Below, one piece after another: positions 1 through 6,312 of a stretch of DNA of 8,660 nucleotides. Each line of letters begins with the position of its first letter. The first letter of the stretch is position 1. The translations under genes were made by a program, and so were the position numbers. The stretch is taken from positions 16,127-24,786 of the forward strand of contig CAYZSS010000012.1 in the NCBI GenBank assembly GCA_964480435.1, written 5' to 3'. This DNA comes from an uncultured archaeon (GTDB taxonomy: Archaea; Iainarchaeota; Iainarchaeia; Iainarchaeales; 0-14-0-20-30-16). The notes under the pieces are model-generated. The model worked only from the letters and a program-made list of their open reading frames with translations. It was not told where the DNA came from and searched no databases.

Positions 1-24
1 TTGTTTTTTCATTTATAATCAGTC

Positions 25-930
25 TCACATGCTTTCCAATGCTTTTATTCTGTCCTTTAATGGAGGATGTGATGAAAACAGTCTCGCAGCTAAAGAGGGT
101 TCTGCAATAAATAAAGATGATACTGCGCTACTTTTCAACTTGCTTTGCTTTGTTTCATAATAACCGCCAATCTTTTTCAAAGCCCCAACCAGACCAGAAT
201 TATCTCTTGCCAATTTAACTGCACTGGCATCCGCCATATATTCTCTTTTTCTTGAAATTGCCATTTGTACCATCATTGCAAAAAGAGGAGCAAGAATAGC
301 AAAAACAATCCCAATTATTATAAAAATTCCATTCTTGTTATCATTATTCCCTGATGAAAACCACAAACTTCGTAAAAATATTTGCGCAATTATGGAAATT
401 ATTCCAACCATTACTACTGCCAAAGTCATAAACCTAATGTCATAATTTGCAATATGTGACATTTCATGTGCAAGAACCCCTTCCAATTCTCTTCTTGTTA
501 AATATTTAAGAGAGCCTTCACTTACACATACCACTGCGTTCGCGGGGTTTCTTCCGGATGCAAAAGCATTAATCTCATCCAAAGGCATAACATATACTTT
601 TGGCTTTGGCAAACCCGCACCCAAACACAGACCTTCAACAATAGAGTGTAACTGAGCATATACTTTAGAATCTGCTTCCTTTGCTCCTACAGATGCAAGA
701 GCAATACCTGACCCCGCGTAAAGCCCAATCAAAGTATAAATTATTGATATTACAGTTGCAATTATTATAAAGAACCAAATCATTCCGGGATTATAGATAT
801 ACCCTATGACATAGCCTAGGGCAATAATTATAAGAATAATTACAAGAATAAGAAAAAATGATTGTATTTTGTTTCTCTTTACTTGGTCATAAAAGCTGAT
901 TTTTTGATACTTTTTAAAATAATCATCCAT
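25..930 (-). CDS. htpX: HtpX-like M48 family zinc metalloprotease (integral membrane protease)
   Basis: 301-aa ORF, ATG at 928-930 and TGA at 25-27. HExxH zinc site in LAHEMSHIANYD and a downstream SRKREYMADA glutamate motif. Four long hydrophobic segments (e.g. IQSFFLILVIILIIIALGYVIGYIY), as in HtpX. GGTGAT Shine-Dalgarno-like motif (minus strand of 934-939) 3-4 nt upstream of the ATG. Confidence 0.9.
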   Translation of the reverse strand: MDDYFKKYQKISFYDQVKRNKIQSFFLILVIILIIIALGYVIGYIYNPGMIWFFIIIATVISIIYTLIGLYAGSGIALASVGAKEADSKVYAQLHSIVEGLCLGAGLPKPKVYVMPLDEINAFASGRNPANAVVCVSEGSLKYLTRRELEGVLAHEMSHIANYDIRFMTLAVVMVGIISIIAQIFLRSLWFSSGNNDNKNGIFIIIGIVFAILAPLFAMMVQMAISRKREYMADASAVKLARDNSGLVGALKKIGGYYETKQSKLKSSAVSSLFIAEPSLAARLFSSHPPLKDRIKALESM

Positions 931-977
931 AAAATCACCAAATAAAAAATAAAAAAATAAAGAAAAAAGAAAAGATA
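931..977 (-). promoter_or_regulatory. T-rich lemA-htpX spacer carrying the htpX ribosome-binding motif; possible oligo-T terminator or internal promoter
   Basis: The minus strand reads tatcttttcttttttctttatttttttattttttatttGGTGATttt then ATG. It has several T6-T7 runs (archaeal terminator-like, also TATA-like) followed by GGTGAT. Function inferred from sequence only. Confidence 0.3.
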
Positions 978-1538
978 TTATTCAAAACTTACTTTTACAT
1001 TTTTCCTTTCTGCTTCTGATGTTTCAAAGTATGTTTGTTTCTTCTTTCCAAAAAGTCCTGCAAATATATTTCCTGGGAATCTCTCAACTATTGTATTGAA
1101 GTACAATATTGAATCATTATAGAATTGTCTAGTGTAAGCAATCTTTGATTCTATATCTGATAATTCTCTTTGTAGTTCCAAGAAGTTTGTATTTGCCTTC
1201 AAATCAGGATAATTTTCAGCTATTGCAAATATTGACTTTAAAGCATTAGACATCATATCGCTAGCTTTCATCTTTGATTCATATGACCCACCAGATACCA
1301 TCATTTCTTTTCTTGCTTTAGTTACATCAGCAAATACTGTTTTTTCATGTTTAGCATATCCTTTTACAGTCTCAACTAAATTTGGAATTAGATCATTTCT
1401 TTTCTTTAACTGCACATCTATTTGAGAAAATGCATTTTCAATCCTATTGTGTAAAACAACAAAGCTATTATAGTAATATATCGTAACTATAAGCAGTATT
1501 ACAACAACAATAATAAGTATCAACAACCACAACAACAT
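978..1538 (-). CDS. lemA: LemA family membrane protein
   Basis: The ORF is open from GTG 1545-1547, but that GTG lies inside an AGGTGA motif (minus strand of 1544-1549) placed 5 nt upstream of ATG 1536-1538, so the ATG is preferred. N-terminal TM helix, then NAFSQIDVQLKKRNDLIPNLVETVKGYAKHEKTVF, the canonical LemA signature. Stop TAA at 978-980. Adjacency to an M48 protease gene is a commonly seen pairing. Confidence 0.9.
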   Translation of the reverse strand: MLLWLLILIIVVVILLIVTIYYYNSFVVLHNRIENAFSQIDVQLKKRNDLIPNLVETVKGYAKHEKTVFADVTKARKEMMVSGGSYESKMKASDMMSNALKSIFAIAENYPDLKANTNFLELQRELSDIESKIAYTRQFYNDSILYFNTIVERFPGNIFAGLFGKKKQTYFETSEAERKNVKVSFE

Positions 1539-1570
1539 CCAAATCACCTAGATATAATATAATTCAAATG

Positions 1571-1578
1571 TTTTTAAA
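1571..1578 (-). promoter_or_regulatory. TATA-like box (TTTAAAAA on minus strand), candidate lemA promoter
   Basis: The minus strand reads cATTTAAAAAc. This is the same box type as upstream of ORF199 (cTTTAAAAAg) and of the orphan kinase start (cATTTAACAa). The box centre is about 27 nt from GTG 1547 and about 36 nt from ATG 1538. Confidence 0.35.
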
Positions 1579-1613
1579 TGTTTCTAACTTTGGGGCCAAA
1601 TTGCACATATAAG

Positions 1614-1621
1614 ATATAAAG
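1614..1621 (+). promoter_or_regulatory. TATA-like box (ATATAAAG) at leaderless-promoter distance from an orphan copy of the truD start
   Basis: gATATAAAGc has its box centre about 25-26 nt upstream of ATG 1643. The TATA-like boxes before ORF199 (ATG 3046) and before the orphan kinase ATG (6312) show the same geometry. No comparable box lies 25-30 nt upstream of the real truD ATG at 1794. Confidence 0.3.
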
Positions 1622-1642
1622 CGTTTGGGACAAAAATATAGC

Positions 1643-1660
1643 ATGGTTCCAAGTTTGTGA
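1643..1660 (+). pseudogene. Orphan duplicate of the truD 5' end (ATGGTTCCAAG), reading MVPSL then stop
   Basis: The 11-mer atggttccaag at 1643-1653 is identical to the real truD start at 1794-1804. Here it continues AGT TTG TGA (stop at 1658-1660). An 11-mer match alone could be chance in AT-rich DNA; the position and promoter geometry are what make it notable. Confidence 0.3.
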
Positions 1661-1699
1661 TTTATTGCGTAAACACAAAAATCAAAACAGGGTCCAAGA

Positions 1700-1724
1700 A
1701 AGTAATTTCTAAAGGAAATTATTT
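1700..1724. other. AT-rich 10-bp hairpin (5-nt loop) flanked by direct CAGGGTC heptamers
   Basis: aagtaatttc (1700-1709) pairs with gaaattattt (1715-1724), with one G:U pair and loop taaag. cagggtc occurs at 1688-1694 and at 1726-1732. Function unknown. Confidence 0.3.
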
Positions 1725-1793
1725 CAGGGTCTGAAGCAATTTTGTGCAAAGACAAAATTGGCTTCTTACCAAGAAAAATAAGGTTTGATTTTT

Positions 1794-3014
1794 ATGGTTC
1801 CAAGAATAAAGCAAAGATACGAGGATTTTAAAGTCCAAGAGATTACAAAGGGAGTTATTGCTGAAGAACGCCCTTTCCCCGAGAACATCGATGAATACGG
1901 AATAGCAATAGAAAAAGAACTTGGAAAACTAAAAGGTGAGCCAACAGAGCAATTAAAATGTGTTATGCAGAAAAGAAACACCGAAATGCAAACTGCAATA
2001 AAGATACTTTCCAATAAGCAAGGTTTTAGCATAAAGCGTATTGGCTTTGGAGGGAATAAAGACAAAAGAGCAGTAACTTCTCAATTTATTACTATCTTTG
2101 AACCAGATCTAGAAAGGTTAAAATGTTTTAGAGACAGAAATGTGTATTTGCATTCTTTTGAATACACAGATAAAAAAATTGAACTGGGGGACCTAGATAA
2201 AAACCAATTTGAAATAATAATTAGGGGAATAGAACCAGAAAAAGATATTGAAAAAATTCTTAAGAAATTTGAAAAAGAAGTCAAAAACGGAATCCCAAAC
2301 TACTTTGGTGAACAAAGATTTGGGTCAATGAGAAGTTCAAACCACCTAATTGGAAAGCTTTTCTTTGAAGGCAAAACCAAAGAGGCAGTAGAATTATTTC
2401 TTATAGGTACTTCTGAAACAGAGGGAGAAGAAACAAAAAAAGCAAGAGAACTAATAACAGCAGGAGATTTTAAGCAAGCCATCAGATTATTTCCCAAAGA
2501 AAATAAGTATGAAAAAGCGATCTTGAACTCTTTAATAAAAAACCCAAATGACTACAACACGGCCTGGACACAAATTCCAAAAAACCTAGGATATTTATTT
2601 GTGCACGCCTACCAATCCTACTTATTTAATTTATATTTAGGCAAAAGAATTGCAAACTTTACTAACCCACTTGAAACACAAAAGGGAGATGTTCTTGATA
2701 CAGAGGGATTTGTTATTGGCCCTTTATTCGGGCACAATACAGAATTTGCAAAAGATAAGGTCGGAGAATTAGAAAAAGAAATCTTAAAACAGGAAAGTTT
2801 TTCGTTAGCTTCATTCAAAGTATCCAATTTCCCCATGCTTTCTGTAGAGGGGGCAAGAAGAAGAATTAAGCTTACTGTTGAAAACTTTAAGATTCTTGAA
2901 ATAATTGATGATGAATTCAACGAAAACAAGAAAGCTGCAAAAGTATCATTTGTTCTGGATAAGGGAAACTACGCCACCACAGTAACTGAAGAAATAATAA
3001 AACGCTTACAATAA
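1794..3014 (+). CDS. truD: tRNA pseudouridine synthase TruD/Pus7 family
   Basis: The ORF opens at TTG 1785; the first ATG is at 1794 and gives MVPRIKQRYEDFKVQEI, a typical TruD N-terminus. Catalytic-Asp motif GFGGNKDKRAVTSQ and the NYFGEQRFG motif are both TruD hallmarks. Stop TAA at 3012-3014. Confidence 0.9.
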   Translation: MVPRIKQRYEDFKVQEITKGVIAEERPFPENIDEYGIAIEKELGKLKGEPTEQLKCVMQKRNTEMQTAIKILSNKQGFSIKRIGFGGNKDKRAVTSQFITIFEPDLERLKCFRDRNVYLHSFEYTDKKIELGDLDKNQFEIIIRGIEPEKDIEKILKKFEKEVKNGIPNYFGEQRFGSMRSSNHLIGKLFFEGKTKEAVELFLIGTSETEGEETKKARELITAGDFKQAIRLFPKENKYEKAILNSLIKNPNDYNTAWTQIPKNLGYLFVHAYQSYLFNLYLGKRIANFTNPLETQKGDVLDTEGFVIGPLFGHNTEFAKDKVGELEKEILKQESFSLASFKVSNFPMLSVEGARRRIKLTVENFKILEIIDDEFNENKKAAKVSFVLDKGNYATTVTEEIIKRLQ

Positions 3015-3015
3015 C

Positions 3016-3023
3016 TTTAAAAA
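3016..3023 (+). promoter_or_regulatory. TATA-like box (TTTAAAAA) for a probably leaderless ORF199 transcript
   Basis: It lies in the 31-nt gap between the truD stop and ATG 3046, with the box centre about 26.5 nt upstream of the ATG. No Shine-Dalgarno-like motif precedes that ATG. Confidence 0.35.
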
Positions 3024-3045
3024 GACAAAAAACAAAGTATATATT

Positions 3046-3645
3046 ATGATACCACGGAAACTACCAATAGACCCACACACTGAATTTTATAATTACCATG
3101 GCAAAGAGCACACGGTTCATTGGCTACCCCATGAAAGGATAAACCCACAAGAATATGAGGATTACAGAGAACTTTTTCATCTAAATGCAGTCCATACTAT
3201 AAAAAGCAGAACTATTGCTTTGGGAAAAGTTGCAAAAGAAATGGGTATTTGGTGCAAACACATTGGTTTAGCATACTTTAAAATCCACTCAGAACCAGAG
3301 AGACAAGAACTAATTGAACTTCTTGCTTATACAATACATAGAGACCCAAAGTCATTTTTATCCGCATTCAAAGGCGAAGGAATAAAAAAATCACAAGAAA
3401 ACATCGCAATATTAGCAGACATAATTGCGCTTGCACCAGTTGATTTCATGACTGGACTACATGGGGAGCATGGCGCTTTTACAAAGGCATTTGGTAGAGA
3501 TCAATATTATTTTTATGAACTTATTAGAAAAAGATTAGCAGAAACCAGAAGCAGTGTAGACCCTCTTTTATTATATAAACTTACTGGGGTAAATATTAAT
3601 AAAGATGGAAAACCTGCAAATCCTAAACCACGAGTAAGAAAGTAG
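3046..3645 (+). CDS. Hypothetical His-rich protein of unknown function, 199 aa
   Basis: Clean ATG-to-TAG ORF, with TGA immediately following as a tandem stop. Non-repetitive, globular-looking composition. His-rich N-terminus (HTEFYNYHGKEHTVHWLPHE) and an HGEHGAF motif. I recognise no family. It sits between truD and endA, and its stop abuts the endA ribosome-binding region. Confidence 0.6.
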   Translation: MIPRKLPIDPHTEFYNYHGKEHTVHWLPHERINPQEYEDYRELFHLNAVHTIKSRTIALGKVAKEMGIWCKHIGLAYFKIHSEPERQELIELLAYTIHRDPKSFLSAFKGEGIKKSQENIAILADIIALAPVDFMTGLHGEHGAFTKAFGRDQYYFYELIRKRLAETRSSVDPLLLYKLTGVNINKDGKPANPKPRVRK

Positions 3646-3653
3646 TGATATTT

Positions 3654-4151
3654 ATGAAATTAAACGGAACTTTTTTAAAAAACAAAACACTAATTAGCGA
3701 AAACGATTCTAAATCTTGGCTTATTAATAAATTCTATGGTGAAAAAGTAGGACCATCTTTCTTTTTAGATATTTACGAGACTTTATATTTTTTAGAGAAA
3801 GGATCCCTAAAGCTATCAAAAAAAGATTCTTTTGAAAGTATAGTAAAAAAATCACAAAAAGAAATTCTTGATAATTATGCTGTTTTCAAACACTTTAGAG
3901 AGCTTGGTTATATAATAAAAACTGGATTAAAATTCGGGTTTGATTTCAGAGTTTATCCAAAAGGAAAAAACCCAGACAAAAGCCATTCAAAATATGTTGT
4001 ACAAGTTATAAAAGAAGGAAAAAAAATAGGTACAAACGAGCTATCTAAATCAGTAAGAATGAGCTTAGGATTAAAAACACAATTGCTTGTGGCAGTTGTT
4101 GGAAACGATTTAGAAGTTGTTCTTTATAATTTAGACAGAACTAAACTTTAA
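3654..4151 (+). CDS. endA: tRNA-splicing (tRNA-intron) endonuclease EndA
   Basis: The ORF opens at GTG 3645, overlapping the ORF199 stop. ATG 3654 is preceded by aGTGAT (3644-3649) with a 4-nt spacer. GFDFRVYPKG, HSKYVVQV and SVRMSLGLKTQLLVA match the catalytic C-terminal domain, with Tyr/His/Lys in their expected context. The size of about 165 aa fits a homotetramer-type enzyme or a catalytic subunit. Stop TAA at 4149-4151. Confidence 0.85.
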   Translation: MKLNGTFLKNKTLISENDSKSWLINKFYGEKVGPSFFLDIYETLYFLEKGSLKLSKKDSFESIVKKSQKEILDNYAVFKHFRELGYIIKTGLKFGFDFRVYPKGKNPDKSHSKYVVQVIKEGKKIGTNELSKSVRMSLGLKTQLLVAVVGNDLEVVLYNLDRTKL

Positions 4152-4877
4152 TTCTATTTCTTTTTTTATTTTTTCTAAATTCTTTCCAAATATTTTTTCT
4201 AATTTCAAATAAACTAAAGATTTTTCATTAAAAAAATAAGACTTTAAAACATTTATATTATGTGTTTTTCTGGTATTGGATGATTTTTCAAAATCTACAA
4301 TTATAGGCAGGTTATTTTTTAGAACTAAAATATTTGTTCCCCTTCCTGCAAGTTGTCCATGATCTATTCCAATTTCATCCATTGTTTTAGCTTGCTTAAA
4401 TAAGTCATTTAGAAAAATAACCAAGTCTTGTTTATTAAATTTATCTAAATAATCTATTAGTGAAGTTGCATCAAAGTATTCATATATAACAAAATTTCCT
4501 TTTTTGTTTGAATACACAAACTTAGGGCCTATGTTTTTCTTGTTTAATAATTTCAGGAATTTAGATTCATTCTCCACCATTCTTGTCCTTGTACTTCTTT
4601 TCTTTTCTAACTTTATAGTCAATAATAAAAAAGGATTATCGAGTTCTTTTTTTTGAGTTTTTTCTTGTTTATTTTTTTGTGCATATACTTGGCTGCTGTT
4701 GTTTTCTTTTTTCCCTACTTGCTTCTGTTTAAATAAAATAATCCATGAGCTTCTTCCTTCACCAAGAAGCTTTTCAAAAATTAGTTTTTCTTTTTTAATA
4801 TACTTTTGTAGAATAAGGTTTGATTTAAATTCCTCAAGAAAAATCTTTGTGTGCAAATCACTATTATTGTAAACCAT
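4131..4877 (-). CDS. Atypical RIO/Bud32-like protein kinase-fold protein
   Basis: 248 aa. Gly-loop-like LGEGRSSWI; candidate beta3 Lys in LLLTIKLEKK; catalytic-loop-like IDHGQLAGRGTNILV; metal-binding IIVDFEKSS. There is a low-complexity Lys/Gln-rich insert (residues about 51-80). ATG at 4875-4877 and TAA at 4131-4133. The family call comes from motif spacing by eye only. Confidence 0.55.
   Translation of the reverse strand: MVYNNSDLHTKIFLEEFKSNLILQKYIKKEKLIFEKLLGEGRSSWIILFKQKQVGKKENNSSQVYAQKNKQEKTQKKELDNPFLLLTIKLEKKRSTRTRMVENESKFLKLLNKKNIGPKFVYSNKKGNFVIYEYFDATSLIDYLDKFNKQDLVIFLNDLFKQAKTMDEIGIDHGQLAGRGTNILVLKNNLPIIVDFEKSSNTRKTHNINVLKSYFFNEKSLVYLKLEKIFGKNLEKIKKEIELKFSSV
4161..4174 (+). terminator. 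Oligo-T tract (T7-A-T6), candidate archaeal terminator for endA
   Basis: tttttttatttttt begins 10 nt after the endA stop. It lies inside the 3' coding region of the convergent kinase gene, where it encodes a Lys-rich tail on the other strand. Confidence 0.4.
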
Positions 4878-4880
4878 AAT
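4846..4880. repeat. Left 35-bp direct repeat (covers the kinase start codon plus 10 codons)
   Basis: tttgtgtgcaaatcactAttattgtaaaccataat is identical to 6281-6315 except at position 18 (A at 4863 versus G at 6298). Confidence 0.95.
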
Positions 4881-5635
4881 TATTCTTCACCTTTAAAATA
4901 ATTGATTATTTCTTTTTCAAGATCTTCAAATTTTGACAATTTATTAAAGACCAAATTGTTTAATTCCAGTTTATAATATTCGTGATGGTCTTTTATTTTT
5001 TTAAGGAATACCCTCATATCAAAAGTTTCTTTATAATATGATAATTTTTTATTAATTATAGCCTTATCAAACTTAACCTGTTTTTTTATCAAAAAACTAA
5101 GATCATACAAATCCCTTGCTTTATCCCTAGTCATTATAGCCCTTACTTTTTCTGCAAATACTTCTTCCAAAGAATAACCTCTTATCATTGATGATGGTAA
5201 ATTGTAATAGGGAAAGAAGACATCATAATTTTTTGTTGGCAATAATATTTTCTCTCTTTTACTTATGTCCACATACACAAAACATTTACTTCTTTCATTA
5301 CCATCATATAGAGGACCAAGAATATTTATTCTAAAAGAAAACGAATCGCTTTTATTTGAAACAATTTTATAATCCGCGTCTATCCCATAATGTTTCAAAA
5401 AAGAAACTACTAATGAGGGTAAACCTGTGTCAATTTTCTCCGTTGCAGTAAAATCAAGATCTTCTGAAAATCTATCTAGGCCATGAAAAAACCACAAATA
5501 AGTGCCACCTTTAAAGACAAGATTTTTGTTCTTTAGCGCTTGCAGGACCAAAGTTTGGAAATAATGTTTTTCTTGTTGCCAAAGTTTCAAGCCGTTTATC
5601 TTGGTTATTTCTTCCAATTCTTTTTTACTTACCAA
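4880..5635 (-). CDS. abiEii: AbiEii/AbiGii-family nucleotidyltransferase toxin (type IV TA, DUF1814)
   Basis: FKGGTYLWFFHGLDRFSEDLDFT (NTase GG and DxD motif) and EKVRAIMTRDKARDLYDLSFL are hallmark AbiEii motifs. The ORF opens at GTG 5644, but that GTG is part of AGGTGA (minus strand of 5641-5646). A TTG follows 5 nt later at 5633-5635, the same geometry as lemA. There is no ATG near the 5' end. Stop TAA at 4880-4882. Confidence 0.9.
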   Translation of the reverse strand: MVSKKELEEITKINGLKLWQQEKHYFQTLVLQALKNKNLVFKGGTYLWFFHGLDRFSEDLDFTATEKIDTGLPSLVVSFLKHYGIDADYKIVSNKSDSFSFRINILGPLYDGNERSKCFVYVDISKREKILLPTKNYDVFFPYYNLPSSMIRGYSLEEVFAEKVRAIMTRDKARDLYDLSFLIKKQVKFDKAIINKKLSYYKETFDMRVFLKKIKDHHEYYKLELNNLVFNKLSKFEDLEKEIINYFKGEE

Positions 5636-6212
5636 TATAATCACCTAACTGCAATACTCTTTTTGCTCTATACCCCATAATAGATTTGTATAACTTTAGA
5701 TAAGATTTTAATTTTTTTATATCTAATTTGTTTTTTATATTTTTATAAAATGTCGGTGAAAACCCAAAAAAATAAATTAAATCCAATAATGCTTTTTCAG
5801 GATCTGCAATAAAAAAATATGATTCCCCTGTTTTTTCTTTATTGTATCCAAATAACAGCTTGGGGTTAATTTTATAATATTTATATCGTGTATTATATTT
5901 TACTTGTCTAGTAGATACGATTTCGTAGGTTTGAGGTATTTGATCTATTATACTATGATAATATAATGCAGAATTAAGAGAAATATATGATGGTTGAACA
6001 AGGTTAGTCGCAATAATCTTATCATCTTTAACAAAGCTTAGTAATCCATTCTTTATTTTATATGCTAAACCTTTTTTTATCAACCTATTAAAATAAACTC
6101 CTGATGCATTCATAGACTTGCCTAAAAGAGTTGATAAATCTGCAATAGAAAATACCTTTTGATTTGAATTAATTGCTTTTTCTTTTATTTCGTACAAGGT
6201 CTGTCTCAACAT
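5625..6212 (-). CDS. abiEi: AbiEi-family antitoxin / transcriptional regulator (wHTH, COG5340-like)
   Basis: N-terminal wHTH-like FSIADLSTLLGKSMNASGVYFNRLIKKGLAYKIKNGL, then PSYISLNSALYYHSIIDQIPQTYEIVS and ADPEKALLDLIYF, typical of AbiEi. It lies directly upstream of abiEii and overlaps it (11 nt with the TTG start, 20 nt with the GTG start). The ORF opens at TTG 6233; the first ATG, at 6210-6212, is preferred. Confidence 0.8.
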   Translation of the reverse strand: MLRQTLYEIKEKAINSNQKVFSIADLSTLLGKSMNASGVYFNRLIKKGLAYKIKNGLLSFVKDDKIIATNLVQPSYISLNSALYYHSIIDQIPQTYEIVSTRQVKYNTRYKYYKINPKLLFGYNKEKTGESYFFIADPEKALLDLIYFFGFSPTFYKNIKNKLDIKKLKSYLKLYKSIMGYRAKRVLQLGDYIGK

Positions 6213-6251
6213 ATAAAAACCATCACATAACAACTTTGTTATATATTAGAC

Positions 6252-6259
6252 ATTATAAA
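6252..6259 (-). promoter_or_regulatory. TATA-like box (TTTATAAT on minus strand), candidate abiEi-abiEii promoter
   Basis: The minus strand reads cTTTATAATg. The predicted start site near 6229 leaves a leader of about 17 nt containing GTGATGG before ATG 6212. The box lies inside the cassette, next to the right repeat. Confidence 0.3.
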
Positions 6260-6276
6260 GAAATATAAATCTATCT

Positions 6277-6312
6277 TTAGTTTGTGTGCAAATCACTGTT
6301 ATTGTAAACCAT
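6277..6312 (-). pseudogene. Orphan kinase start stub: MVYNNSDLHTN then stop
   Basis: The minus strand reads ATG GTT TAC AAT AAC AGT GAT TTG CAC ACA AAC TAA. The first 10 codons encode the same residues as the real kinase start. The one nucleotide difference is a synonymous AAT/AAC Asn codon. Confidence 0.7.

Larger units (their letters stand above)
4881..6280 (-). mobile_element. Putative integrated 1.4-kb TA-only cassette (abiEi-abiEii plus own promoter) bounded by the 35-bp direct repeats
   Basis: The 1,400 bp between the two repeat copies contain only the abiE operon and its upstream region. No recombinase gene and no terminal inverted repeats were seen. Mobility is inferred from the repeat architecture alone. 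Confidence 0.5.

Noticed and set aside
1564-1755. 63-aa minus-strand ORF filling the lemA/truD spacer
   Set aside because: It has a TTG start with no Shine-Dalgarno-like motif or TATA box at the right distance, and an odd Cys/Phe-rich composition with no motifs. It also runs across the candidate lemA promoter box and the hairpin and repeat elements. It is more likely non-coding spacer.
1548-1793. tRNA or C/D-box sRNA gene in the long spacer
   Set aside because: I could fold no cloverleaf-like arrangement. There is a CTGA (1731-1734) but no RUGAUGA C-box on either strand at a suitable distance; the nearest, gtgattt at 1657, is degenerate and about 75 nt away.
1766-2929. Four minus-strand ORFs (1766..2065, 2081..2284, 2300..2497, 2618..2929) inside truD
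   Set aside because: They lie antisense to a confidently identified gene. Their products are Ser/Phe/Leu-rich low-complexity sequences, the mirror image of the Lys/Glu-rich, A-rich truD codons. They have no start context and no recognisable motifs.
3046-3645. ORF199 as a structural (beta) subunit of a heteromeric splicing endonuclease
   Set aside because: It has none of the EndA-fold sequence features visible in the adjacent endA product (no GFDFRVY / HSxYxV-like motifs). It looks mainly helical and His-rich, so it is left as unknown.
6267-6280. Possible leftward extension of the direct repeat (aaatct before both copies, if a 9-nt indel is allowed)
   Set aside because: It needs an indel to align only 6 extra AT-rich bases, which is not distinguishable from chance. 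The repeat boundaries are kept at the ungapped 35-mer.
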